The notes under the pieces were generated by a model, which saw nothing but the letters and a program-made list of their open reading frames with translations, ran no database searches and was not told where the DNA came from. A DNA stretch of 64,000 nucleotides from Rhynchobatus australiae (lineage: Eukaryota), in contig JAUZTB010000001.1 in assembly GCA_034780895.1 (NCBI GenBank), positions 127,478,307-127,542,306 on the forward strand, written 5' to 3'. The position numbers and the translations under genes are program-made. Position 1 is the stretch's first letter; each line of letters begins with the position of its first letter. Positions 36,571 to 48,529 of this stretch are shown piece by piece.

Positions 36571-39500
36571 AGAAAGATAAGGGCAGCAGAGGCTATTGCC
36601 TGCAGTGTCTCCACCAATTTATACGAGAGGCTGACTTGGGCATAAAATTAAAACCCAACCTGAACACAGCCAACCACAACCTAACCCCAGCCTGAAGGTT
36701 TACATTTATTGACCCCCGAACCTGAACATGTAGTCGGATCCTGTTGACCAAAGGTCAGGGAGGTGGCCCTACTGGGTGTGGGGGGGGGGTGGTGCACGAT
36801 TGGTGTAATGNNNNNNNNNNNNNNNNNNNNNNNNNNNNNNNNNNNNNNNNNNNNNNNNNNNNNNNNNNNNNNNNNNNNNNNNNNNNNNNNNNNNNNNNNN
36901 NNNNNNNNNNGGCCCTACTGGGTGTGGGGGGGGGGGTGGTGCACGATTGGTGTAATGGACAAAGCAGGGAGGTGAAGGGATGATAATGCTACATGCTCAT
37001 GTTCATGAGGTGCTCATGGTCTAAGATTTGTGGAGGAGTTTCCCTGGCAAAGGGTTATCATGGTGATCAGTAAACCATCACCCAATCCTCATACTCTGAA
37101 GTCAGGGTCTGGGCCTAGATTTCCTTCACCTCAAAGCTAATGCCTCCAGGCAGTGCCTGTTTGCCACCCTGTGATCAGCTGTCATCCAGCCGTCAGTTCC
37201 AGCTGCGAAAGACTCGGGATCCCGAGCTCCACTTCTCATCCTCAGCTCATGGTAAGGCCACGCTAAACCCTTCTTAAAGGGATTGTCACTCTCCACAGAC
37301 TTCAATACACCAACATATATTTTATTTTGTTAGGTTGAAGAAAGCAGCAATTTTAAAAATATATTCATAAAGAATCCAGCCTGGTCCAGGACAATGCAAC
37401 CCAAATCCAAGAACTTAAGTATTTTAATACCAAACTGACCCAAAGCAGGTTCATATAGTTGGGTCTCATTGCACTTGGGACAGGTAACCAGGCTTTACGG
37501 CAAGCACCATCCTGACCTACAAAATGACCACTATTCCTTCATCATTGCTGGTTCAAAATCCAAATACTCCCTGTTCAAACAGCACTGTGAGAGAATTGTT
37601 GCCAGCAGGAATTTAATGATTCAGTGGTAATTAGGGACAGGCAGCATAATCTGGCCTTGCCAACAATGCCCACATCTGAAAAGAATGAATAAAAAATTTA
37701 CAGTGGTGACGACATTGCAAAAGTACTTGTTTGTTAGCACTTTTAGACTCTACTGGTAGTGAAAGGTACCATATAAATGTCAGCTTATTTATTCTGCTTG
37801 CTTAAATATGCTGGGTTTTCAAGCTGAATATTATCATGGCTTGGTGTTAACTGATGGCAGCATGCCTAAATGTTGCTTGAGTACTGCTCCAAGTGCAATG
37901 TTCCAAACGATGAAAGGATTTGATTGACTACATACAGACAAAACATTTCCCTTGGTCATGTTCACCCAAAGCAAAGTGGAAATCTGGAAGCAGCTTTTCC
38001 AAAAAGCCCCAGATGTTGGTTTAATTTAAGGCAGAACACAATGAGTTTTACTTTGGTTAGNNNNNNNNNNNNNNNNNNNNNNNNNNNNNNNNNNNNNNNN
38101 NNNNNNNNNNNNNNNNNNNNNNNNNNNNNNNNNNNNNNNNNNNNNNNNNNNNNNNNNNNNNNNNNNNNNNNNNNNNNNNNNNNNNNNNNNNNNNNNNNNN
38201 NNTACCTCTAAATATTTTTAAACAATCTGATCATGAGCTGGCTAGTGTCACTCTTTGGTCTGACTAAGATTGTACAACTGGTTTGCATTGTACAGCCATC
38301 TCACAGAAGTTTCCATAGCATTTGACTCATAAATAAATGTACTTTGCAAGCCAACATTCCATGGAAAATTAGCACAACAGAGAAACAACTCAAGCCGGCT
38401 TCAAAAAAAAATCCTCATTATTGTTTTCTTAGTCTAGCCAAATGTCCACATTAACAGATGTAACTAGTTACTTCATACATTAAATATTGTGTATTACAGA
38501 GTTCATCATCAAAAAATCAAAATTGATTTGGATTTGTTTTTCAACTTCCCTAGACATTACAAAGTGTAGGCAACGGTAAGCCATATTGGCATTTTATTCT
38601 ATCAACCTGTTCGCATTAAAAAAATAAATAACTAGACTGGAGTTTTAACGCAGTGATAGAATCTCAGGGCTGGCCACAAGAATATTAGCCTGGCCACTTG
38701 GGAGAAGGGTTTAACAGTGGCCAGTCCATGTGCTATTTTATGTGTGCCCTATTAAGCTAAAGTTTCGGCTTATAATTCCAGCTGCAATGATGCAGCTACC
38801 AGTGATAAATATTATGCAGTATATTCATAGAAGCTCCAATGCAGACATTTGCATACATAAAGTGGGCTGATGCTTCAATGATACCAAGAGGTTAGGGGCA
38901 CAGTCTTTTTGAAGATAAATAAATAAAACCTGAAGCCTCATCTAAACTCTTGAGATCCAAGCAAGCAAACCCATTGCACCATCAAAGAGGGACAAAGAAA
39001 TTCTCTCCATCATTCAGGCCAGCATTTATCACTCTCCTAAAAAAGAATAAGGAATTTTCTGGACATTTCTTTCCATGGGATTTTTTTGTGGAATTTTGCT
39101 GTGCCAAATCGATCAGTGACACTCACATTTCAGAATGATATCTCGGGCTGTGAAGCATCCTCGGACACAATTGGGAATTGTGTACCTCAGATGGAATGAA
39201 AGACTTGCATTGTGGAACACATTTCATAATATCAGACACTGACCTGTTTGACCATTTTCCTTCCAACTATTGACAATTACCTGAAATTACCAAAATTTGA
39301 TGTGAAATCAATGTTTAGGGAGATGAATCCAGGTTTATGTGTAAACTATGAAATGAAAATTTAGGTTTATGATTCTGAAAGTGTACATATTTCTGCTGAG
39401 AATTATGGAGCCAAATCGCACAGTTCCACAGAAAACAGCTGTAGTGCACATGTCAGCATGTTGCATACTTCCAAGCCTGCATGATTTAGCTTGGAAATAC

Positions 39501-39835
39501 AGAATGCACTGGTCGTCTGATCTCTCATCACAGACTTGGACCTGGGACTGAGTCCAGGGATGATCCTACGAGGTTAATACTAAAGGGCAGATACGCATTG
39601 GGAGTGGTTTCTCAGCTCTATGCCCTTCATTGGTTCTATTGAATGCAATTGCTGATCTCAAAGCTTTGTTTAAAATCTCATCTTAATTAATAATTAAATA
39701 ATTTGCACATGTTGGATGCTTTTTAAGTTAATTTCCAATATTTTATTCATTTTTGGAAATTTAAATTTTTCTAGGCCAATACCATAGTTTGTGGATGAGG
39801 CCTTGGTTCACACCACCCAAGGTGCCTTATATTAT

Positions 39836-40114
39836 TGTCACAATGTTGAGCAAAGAGCAGGCTCACAGAGAACCCAAATGCAGCACACTGGTACAGGACT
39901 GGAGTCAGGATACTTCCTCAGGACCAAACACCAGCAGNNNNNNNNNNNNNNNNNNNNNNNNNNNNNNNNNNNNNNNNNNNNNNNNNNNNNNNNNNNNNNN
40001 NNNNNNNNNNNNNNNNNNNNNNNNNNNNNNNNNNNNNTCCAGCATGGAATCCATGTGCTGGACAACAAGGCATTAAAGGAGCCAAATTGAGGGCCAGGAC
40101 TCAGAACCATGACA
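39836..40114. mobile_element. Solo LTR (Gypsy/BEL-like) with 5-bp target-site duplication
   Basis: ATTAT|TGTCA...TGACA|ATTAT: inverted TGTCA termini and a perfect ATTAT duplication at 39831-39835 and 40115-40119. A second copy starts at 7222. Confidence 0.8.
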
Positions 40115-40121
40115 ATTATAG

Positions 40122-40432
40122 AGGGATACAGCATGGAAACAGGCCCCTTAGCCCACCTGCACGAACCATCAAGTGCCTATTGTTGTACTAATCCCACTCG
40201 AACCCATTTACATTCTCATCAGTTACCCCCTGGATTCTGGCCTCGCCTACACTCCAAGCGCAATTTACTTTACCATTTAACCTACTGACTTGCAGGTTTG
40301 TGGGATGTGGGAGGAAACCGGAGCACCTGGGGGAAACCCATGCAGTCACAGGGACAAAGTGCAAAACCAGACTTGAGGATTGAACCCATGTCACTGGAGC
40401 TGTGAGGCAGTGGCTCTACTCGCTGCGCCACT
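40122..40432 (-). mobile_element. Full-length HE1-like V-SINE
   Basis: Reverse complement of head, V-domain (gtgggaggaaaccggagcacctgggggaaaccca) and CR1 tail. Same family as 948-1312. Confidence 0.85.
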
Positions 40433-41499
40433 GTGGGAAAGAATGCTACACAAGGCCGGTAGGATATTGGAAACCACGTGACCATAAAAGTTAGTGTGAT
40501 TGTTGGCATCTCATATTACACTGGCTGAGCGTGATCCAGCCATTCTTATATCTTATTCACACATACAGGTGGTTCTGGGATTAATGCATTGCAGTTATCA
40601 TACCATATCAACAGAGTAGCCTTTATCCATCATGCAGAATTAACAGCATTTATTCTAATCTCTTATTAAAGGTTTACATTTATCTTATCAACAACCAATG
40701 GGGGATTTTTCCTCTCCTAAAATCAAAATGTTTCAGTAAAATGCATGTTGTGAAATGGCAACACCTTGAGTCTGACAGTGGGCAAACACTGATCAGTGAC
40801 CACTCTTTGCAAAAAGATGCAAATTCAGCTTAACCTTTTTCAAAACCACAAGAATTTTATTTGCAGCTTCGTAATCCCAAGGTTTCAAAACAATTTTACT
40901 CACCTTAACGACTTGAATCAGGAACGACTTAATGTAGGATTTAAAGAGGAGGAGAAATTCAATTTTTATTGGTGGCACCATGTTTCTACAAGAGCTTTGG
41001 CCATTAGTTGTGCTGTCTCCTGCAAATTCAGTGCTATTGTTGACGGTTGAGTCAAATGCATGAACCAGTGCTCTCCTCTTTGGCACCCTTTAAGGAACAA
41101 AGGTGAATTCCACCCACCAGTTTCCCAGAACTCACAGCTAATCCAATTAGGTTCTCTGTAGTTAAAGGGATAGAACACAGATCATGTTGTACATTATATT
41201 TAGCTTGTTTGTAATTAGTGTCATTTTTCTGTTCATTATACAATTTAGCTTACATTATTTATCTTTGATCCTGTGAAGAGTTTTCTTGGCTGAATTTGGA
41301 GACTCTTTATTAACACAAACTAAGCCTAAATTTGAAGTTCAAAAGGTGCAAAACTCAAAACAGAACACACCACTCAGAAAACGAATACGTTGGACCAGAT
41401 TCTGCTGTCCTCAAAGCAGCACATTTTTCATCCCCATGGGTCCAAATTGAGCTCAAAGCCTCACTCCGACAGCTGTCCCACAAAGCGGAATAGGCCACA

Positions 41500-42150
41500 T
41501 AGAACAATAGATCTACAGTAGAACACAGGATGGGCGATGAATATGCGGAGTATCTGCGCTCAATCTGCAGCAATCACCCAGAACTTCCGGTTGCCTGCCA
41601 CTTTAATCCCCAATCCCGCTCCCACTCTGACCATTCTGTCTGTGTCTTCCTTTACTGTTACGTGAAGACCCAATGTAAATTTGAGAAACAACACCTCATC
41701 TTCCATCTGGATACATTGCAGCCTAAAGGACTCAATATTAAATTCTTAAACTTTAAATAACTCACTCTTTTTGTTTGTAGGAGAACTGGCCACTTTTTTG
41801 CCTGGCATTCTTATTTTCTTTCCTTTTTTTTTTCTCGCTGGGCCAGATTTTACAACATTAGCACAGACTAACATCAGCAACACCGCATCTGGACAAAGAC
41901 ACACTTGATTTGATTTTAACTACCCTTCTACTGCCACATTATTTCTATCAGAGGAATTCCCTTTGTTCCACTCATTGTTCTATCCCACCTTCTCTGTAAT
42001 GAAGGCTAACTTGTTTCACTCTTTTTCAATACAGATGAAGGATACTGAACCTGAAAGATTAACTGTTTCTCTTTCCACAGATGCTGCCTGACCTACTGAG
42101 TTTTTCCAGCATTTTCCGATTTAATTTCAGATTTCCAGCATCTGCAGATT
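41500..42150 (+). mobile_element. Penelope-like element 3' remnant: GIY-YIG endonuclease C-terminus plus terminal repeat
   Basis: ORF 41530-41760 (MGDEYAEYLRSI...LPVACHFN...HSDHSV...EKQHLIFHLDTLQPKGLN) matches the PLE GIY-YIG C-terminal pattern RF.EH..I...PVA.HFN...H...E...I..L.TL.P.GLN. It is followed by cagatgaagg...cctgaaa and the ctgagtttttccagca repeat. Confidence 0.85.
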
Positions 42151-42154
42151 TTTC

Positions 42155-42695
42155 ATGTGTGGATTTCTGGTCGCCTCCATTACAGGAAGGATGTGGGGGT
42201 TTTGGAAAGGGTGCAGAAGTGGTTTACCAGGTTGCTGCCTGGATTAGAAGGTAGGAGCTAAAAGGAAAGGTTGGACAAACCAGGGTTGTTTCATCTGGAG
42301 AGGCAGAGGCTGAGCGGAGAACTAATAGTAGTTTAGAAAATTCTGAGAGGCATAGATAGGGTAGACAGAATCATTTTCCCAGGGTAGAAATGTCAAATAC
42401 TGGAGCAGATGCATTTTAAGTGAAAGGGGGAAAGTTTAAAGGGGATGTGCAGGGGAAGTTTTTTTTTTACACAGGGAGTGGTAGCTGCCTGAAACAGGCT
42501 GCCAGTAGGAGTGGTAGAGGCAGATATGATAGTGGTGTTTAGAGGCCGTTAGATAGACACATGATCGGGCAGGGAATGGAGGGATATGGATCACGTGCAG
42601 GCAAAAGAGATTTAGTTTAATTTGGCATTGTGTTCAGCACAAACATCATGGCCCAAAGGGCTTGTTCCTGTGCTGTAGTATTTTATGTTTTATGC
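42155..42695 (+). mobile_element. CR1 LINE 3' fragment
   Basis: ttctggtcgcctccattacaggaaggatgtg through the tail aagggcttgttcctgtgctgtagtattttatgttttatg. Confidence 0.9.
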
Positions 42696-43005
42696 TCCAA
42701 CTTGGCCTCCAGTGACTGGTCTGAAAGCCCCAAAACAGTAAAGGCCTTTTTACCACTCACTGCAGTCAAATGCTTTGTATAGATCTATGATCATTGACAT
42801 TTAAAAGCAGGATTTAGGTGATTAATAAAAATAACAACAATAATAATCCACTTAAAAACTTCAAAGTGATTGAAATTGAAGGCAATAAGATTAAGTAAAA
42901 TTAAGTGATGTCATCCAAACGAATGGACTCATGCTCTTACATTAGCTGTGGTTGGCACTAAATTGAGAGACCGAATGTTCAGAGCTCAGTCCAGTGGCAG
43001 AATAG

Positions 43006-43305
43006 ATAAGAAAAGATATCTTTATTAGTCACATGTATATTGAAACACACAGTGAAATACATATTTTGCACAGAGTGTTCTGGAGGCAGTCCGCAAGTGT
43101 CTCCATGCTTCCGGCTCCAACATAGCATGACTACAACTTCCTAACCCGTACGTCTTTGGAATGTGGGAGGAAACTGGAGCACCCGGAGGAAACCCACGCA
43201 GACACGGGAGAACGTAAAAACTCCTTACAGACAGCGGCCGGAATTGAACCCAGGTCACTGGCGCTGTAATAGCGTTATGCTAACTGCTACACTACTGTGC
43301 CTGCC
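43006..43305 (-). mobile_element. Full-length young V-SINE with non-CR1 tail
   Basis: Intact A/B boxes (ggcacagtagtgtagcagttagc; gggttcaattcc), V-domain and tail tttcactgtgtgtttcaatatacatgtgactaataaaga. Confidence 0.9.
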
Positions 43306-44229
43306 CTGGAGTGGAACCTAACCCATGAACTGCTGACTTAGAGTCAATGGTACTCTCCAAAAAATCAGAAGACAAATGATCTCAATGAGCTAAATGGTCA
43401 CTTCTCTCTAGTGTGGTTTCAATGAATGTTTCATGTATTTTCTGCTGCTATGGAGATAGCTAAATACTGGGAACAATATGCTTTATAAGTTTGGAATGTT
43501 TCACTCATCAGTGATTTCTCAAGTCAGACATTATAGGAAGTGAAGGTGGCTATGATGATAAAAATATTTTCTTTCCCTGGGGAGCAGTGTTACATTTTCC
43601 ATATCAATAGTGGTGTAAGGTTATAATTTATATCTCTAAGGGTGCATTTATGTTGTTCTCAGTCTGCCCAGAACTCTCCCAGCAATGAACATGCAAATCT
43701 TTACAGGCTGCAGCACATTGGCAACATTAAACTAATACCACACAGTCTTATAAACTCTTAAAAGTAGTTCAGTTCCACAATGGAGCCATAATTCAGTTGG
43801 TATCAATGTGAAGCAACATCAGAGTAACCTCCTCTATACTCAGACTCCATCTTTCTGAATTTTGAATAGGTTTGACCTTTGGAACTGTTGCCGAATAGTA
43901 TCTGTTACCATATGTTACTGCATTTTCAGCATCATAGCCAAGTGACACCAAGGGTGCAGTAAAACCTAGTTTAAATACTTAGAGACAGGTGGAGCAAACA
44001 GTTAATCATTGCTGGTCAGGGCAAGACCACCACAGTCATAAACTGTGACAATAAACTTGACTTTGACATTGGCTGTCTTTTGGTTTCTATTCTCATTCTT
44101 AAATAATACTTAAATATGTTGAGTACATTAACAATTATCGAGAATTCATTTCAGGCTTACATAACTTGACAGGTTGGTGTCATGCATTTCATGAGTGACA
44201 GTAAAATACCTATTAGCTAAATCTGAATG

Positions 44230-44520
44230 ATTATGTCCTGAAAATAGAGAGGTCAATGATTAAGGGACATAGATTTAAGACAATAGGGAGAAGGGTTAGA
44301 GGAGAGATACAGAGAAATACTTTTGTTCAAAGGGTGGTGGGGGTCTGGAACTCACTTTTGTGAAGATAGCTGAGGGCAATAGACTAATCACATTTAAGGA
44401 ATAATTGGACGGGCATTTAATTTACCACGATCTTCAAGATCACAGTCTGAGAGCAGAAGAGTAGGATCAATCTCAAATGTTCTTTATGCAGACAATTGCT
44501 TCCTGTGCAGCAAGATTTCT
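44230..44520 (+). mobile_element. Old CR1 3' fragment
   Basis: agggacatagatttaag...agggtggtgggggtctggaactcact. Confidence 0.65.
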
Positions 44521-45049
44521 TTCACTCAGTGACTTTATGATCATGTCAGCACTTCAATCACTTTACAAGAAGGAAAATTTTGCCCACTACTTAAAGTGTC
44601 AAATGAAACTAAATTTATAACTGGCCATTTTAGGTTTCTTTATGAATTTACAAATACACAAGTTCAATTCTCAGCTTTTTAATGTATTCCCTCTCTGATC
44701 TATGTCAGCTTAGCTTCTGTGTGGAAGGTTAGCTCATCTAGGGCAAATCACCATCTCTGGTTCCAACTGAGTGATCCTNNNNNNNNNNNNNNNNNNNNNN
44801 NNNNNNNNNNNNNNNNNNNNNNNNNNNNNNNNNNNNNNNNNNNNNNNNNNNNNNNNNNNNNNNNNNNNNNNNNNNNNNTTTCCTTTACTCGAAATATATG
44901 TAATATTTCCTGAGATAGCTCCCTGTATTACAGTTCACAGTTCTCAGTGAAGATTCTACAAACAAGTTGTTTGAAGAGCTTCCCTGCCACTTGATTTGGT
45001 TGCACTTCTCCTTTTGAGAGTGCTGCATTGAACCAGACGCCTGAGCTCT

Positions 45050-45220
45050 GGGAATCTCAAACAAAAAATGAGCTGTTGGAGGAACTCAGCAGTCCACTTG
45101 AAGGGTCTCGACCTGAAACATCAACTGTCCATTTCCTCGTACAGATGCTGTCTGACCTGCTGAGTTTCTCCAGCAGCTCATTTTTTTTTGGTCCGGATTC
45201 CAGCATCTCTTGTGTCTCCC
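45050..45220 (+). mobile_element. Penelope-derived fold-back mini-element with hammerhead-like core
   Basis: Arms 45062-45092 and 45157-45187 are reverse complements enclosing ttgaagggtctcgacctgaaacatc. Confidence 0.8.
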
Positions 45221-46191
45221 TGCGACTCTCCACCGACAAATCTGCAAAAGTTGCTAAACATACAAAAATAGAAGAAGCAAAAGTCATTGCATCTTCACTC
45301 CAAACATGTAATTTTCCAATCCTCTCTGTAACTCTCCTCAACTAAACTGTGAATGTTCATATAAATAGAGTGTTATTATACTAATTTCCAGGAATTAAGC
45401 AATAAACTATTTTGTTAAATTTGTCAAATCTCTTTGATGAGCGTCTTTAGCTTTCTTTCTCATCCTAACAAATGTTTAACACAAGATTAGCTATCAATTA
45501 ACATGAGTAACACCACAGGAAATTTGATTATTTTTAGAATATTATGAAAAAAATCTCCCTACCTATCATTTTAATTGCATATTGTATAGCTTCTCAGAGA
45601 AAGGTTTATGTTGTCATTGAGAAATGGAATAATGAAACAAAAAACAGCCCTTGAATATACAAACTCCCTAATAACTTCTGCATCTCAATAAACTTTCCAG
45701 GTATTTCAGAAGAAACAGTTGAGGAAAATAATCATTTTAATTTTACCTGGTGTGATGTAAATTAATTAATGCAATGATTGTCACCAACATTTTTTCAGAA
45801 CATTGAGCAATACAAACATGGAATCTTAGGTTTCACAAACCACACGTCAATGTTTCAAAAACGTTATTTCAAATTCACACCTGAATCCAAGGCACTGTAG
45901 ACGAGGCAGTCTAACTAATAATCACTGTGAGCTGGGATTTAAACCTCCTTCGTTCCTTACAAACCAATTCAACAAGAGGAAGGCTAATCTCAATATGCAA
46001 TGAATAGCAAATCTTGTTTTGAGCTTTTTTTAAAAAGTATTCTTTCACAGGATATAAGAAAGGCTGATCATCTGTAATTGTTCATGAAAAGGTGGGCAAG
46101 CATCACTTCAAACTCGCACAGTCTACCTACTGAAGGTACTCTAGCTGTGTTGGGTAGGAGGTTCCAGGATTTAGATCCAGCAATAATTCTG

Positions 46192-46330
46192 GGAGACACA
46201 AGAGACTGCAGATGCTGTAACTTGGAGCAAAAAAAAACAAACTAACTGCTGGAGGAACTCAGTAGGTCAGACAGTTTCTGTGAAGGCAAAAGGATGGTCG
46301 ACATTTTGGGTCAAGACCCTGCATCAGGAC
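46192..46330 (-). mobile_element. Penelope terminal-repeat fragment with hammerhead-like core
   Basis: Minus strand reads cCTGATGCA-GGGTCttGACCC-AAAATGTC-gacc, followed by the shared PLE tail. Confidence 0.8.
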
Positions 46331-46590
46331 AGCAACACATGTTTAAGCCAGGATAACCCACAATTTGGAGAGAAATTCAGACTTTGTAATGTTAGCATGT
46401 CCCTGCTGCCATTCCTCCTTTAGATGATAGAGATAACAGACTTGGAAACTACTGCTGAAGAAATCTTGACAATTTGATGATGATGCGCACATTGCACCAG
46501 TAAAGGAGTGAAGGGGATGGTATGGGAGTGACAGCTTGTAATAGTGGATTTGATTCACGTGGGTTTCTTTGTCCCAGATGTTCCTGAGTA

Positions 46591-46909
46591 CAGGCAGTCC
46601 CTGGGTTCCATAAGGATTCAGTTCCTGAGAACTGTCTGTAAGCTGAGTTCGCCATAAACGAGAAACATCCATTTTCCACAGCCACCCATTTTGTATCGCT
46701 CTACATGTACTTGCTATAATTCTTTCAGTTCATTGAATAATCACCCTAACACTACCCATAATTAAAATAATGGAATATATACTGTATCCAGTCATTAACA
46801 AACAACATGAAACATTTTATTATTACTGGCTTGAAAAATGCTTTAAAAATGTACGGAAGAATTTGTTAGATTTCCATAGTCAGGTTGTTTGAAATCCTGG
46901 AAGCCCCTG
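46591..46909. mobile_element. Tigger/pogo-like non-autonomous DNA transposon with TA duplication
   Basis: TA|CAGGCAGTCCCTGGGTT...AATCCTGGAAGCCCCTG|TA with degenerate TIRs. Removing it rejoins a LINE segment homologous to 36205-36300. Confidence 0.6.
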
Positions 46910-47474
46910 TATTGTTGAAGATGAAGCTAAACAGGCAAGTGGTGAACATCATATCACCTCCTTATTCATGCAGTTGATAGAAAGGCTTTGAGGAGTTGGA
47001 AGTAGAGGCACTTGCTGCTGAATTCAGGGTTTAGCTCTGCTCTTGTTGCCAGAGTATTTATATGGTTGTGTTTAGTTTAGCTCTGATCTCCATGACTACT
47101 TTGTGTGTTTACTGTATGGATTCACTGTTATTTCCATAATACTAATTCTCAGCTATAAAAGACAATATTTAATGAGGTGGACACCAAGCACTTTCCTATT
47201 TAAGTTATGATTGCAAAATGTATAAATAACCTGCAGCTGATTTGTAACAAATGTCTCTACTTTGCTGCTCGCCTTGAGCAACACCAGCTGTTTAACAGAA
47301 TTTCAACAGCAGAGGTCAATCATCTTTTGTTGTTTGTGTCCTTGGCATCCTGTGATGTGACACTGTAACTAATATCCCCCGTTGTGTTGGCATGCAGGAC
47401 AGTAATGCTGAAGTCAAAATGGACAAGTCACCTTTTCCCCTGTTTACTTATATTTTCAGCATTTGTACACATTA

Positions 47475-48240
47475 TGAATCATAGAGTCATACAACACAGA
47501 AACAGGCCCTTCGGCCCAACTCGTCCATGCTTACCAAGGTGGTCCTATTTACCTGCATTTGGCCCATACCCATCTAAATCTTTCCTATCCATGTACATGT
47601 CCAAATGTATTTTAAATATTGTAATGGTACCTGCTTCTACCACTTCCTCTGGTCACTCCTTCTTTCACACCAGTCACCTTCTGTGTGAAAAACTGCCTCT
47701 CAGGTCACCTTAAATTTCACCTTAAACTTATGCCTTGTAGTTTCTGATTCCCAAACCCTGGGAGAAAGACTGTGATCCCATCAATGTCCCTCATGATTTT
47801 ATAAACCTCCATGAGGTCACCCCTCAGCCTTCTTCATCCAGGGAGGACAGCCCCAGCCTATCTTATCTATGCCTCTCATGATTTTATGAACCTTCTATGC
47901 AATCTTGCATACTTTTTTTCATTTATAGTGTACAGAATCTAACCTTCTATTTTTCCTTAGTTTTATTTTTATTTAAAAGGTAATAATGAGGATTCTGTAG
48001 CAACAGGAGCAAGGAAAAAGCAGCAGGAGTAGGTTACCAGACCCTTCAAGCCTGCTCTGCCAGTCAATAGGTGATCTATACTGGCCTCAACTCCTCTTGT
48101 GTACCTATTCCCCATAACCTTCAATTCCTCGATCTTTCACACATTCATCCATCTCTACCTTAAATATTTCTAACGATCAAGCCTCCACTACCCTCCATGA
48201 CAGAGAGTTCTAGACATTCAAGAAGAACAATCCTTCTCCA
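47475..48240 (-). mobile_element. Two CR1 3' fragments (47475-47900 and 48005-48240)
   Basis: Typical reverse-complement tails: atcatagagtcatacaacacagaaacaggcccttcggccc and gcaggagtagg. Confidence 0.85.
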
Positions 48241-48529
48241 GTGTCCCCTCCCTCCTCGCAGCCCAAAAAGCTCCAAACTCCAAGCTTCCTCAACTCCAAG
48301 TCTTCGATAGAGTTGGCTAGAAAGCATGTAACTAGTTCCACCACAGAACTGGGACCACACTTTCCCCCCTCCACTGCCAGGTGCTTACACCCCTCATTAA
48401 ATGGGCCTGCCACTTTGGATAAGTGGGTGCTTTGTATGTTCAGTCCTAACCCGGTTTCAAAGTGTCACTGGACTTCTCATCACAGTAACATGGTGGTATG
48501 GCAGCCGGCCAATGATGAGGCCATCACCA

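Noticed and set aside
36764-36957. 47-bp G-rich direct repeat across a 100-N gap
   Set aside because: Same overlap artefact around a G homopolymer. It cannot be called a real tandem repeat.
37213-37226. Perfect 14-bp palindrome ctcgggatcccgag
   Set aside because: A few palindromes of this length are expected by chance in 64 kb.
43230-43305. tRNA-like A/B box sequences (also 52031-52100 and 948-1015)
   Set aside because: These are SINE heads joined to V-domains, not tRNA genes.
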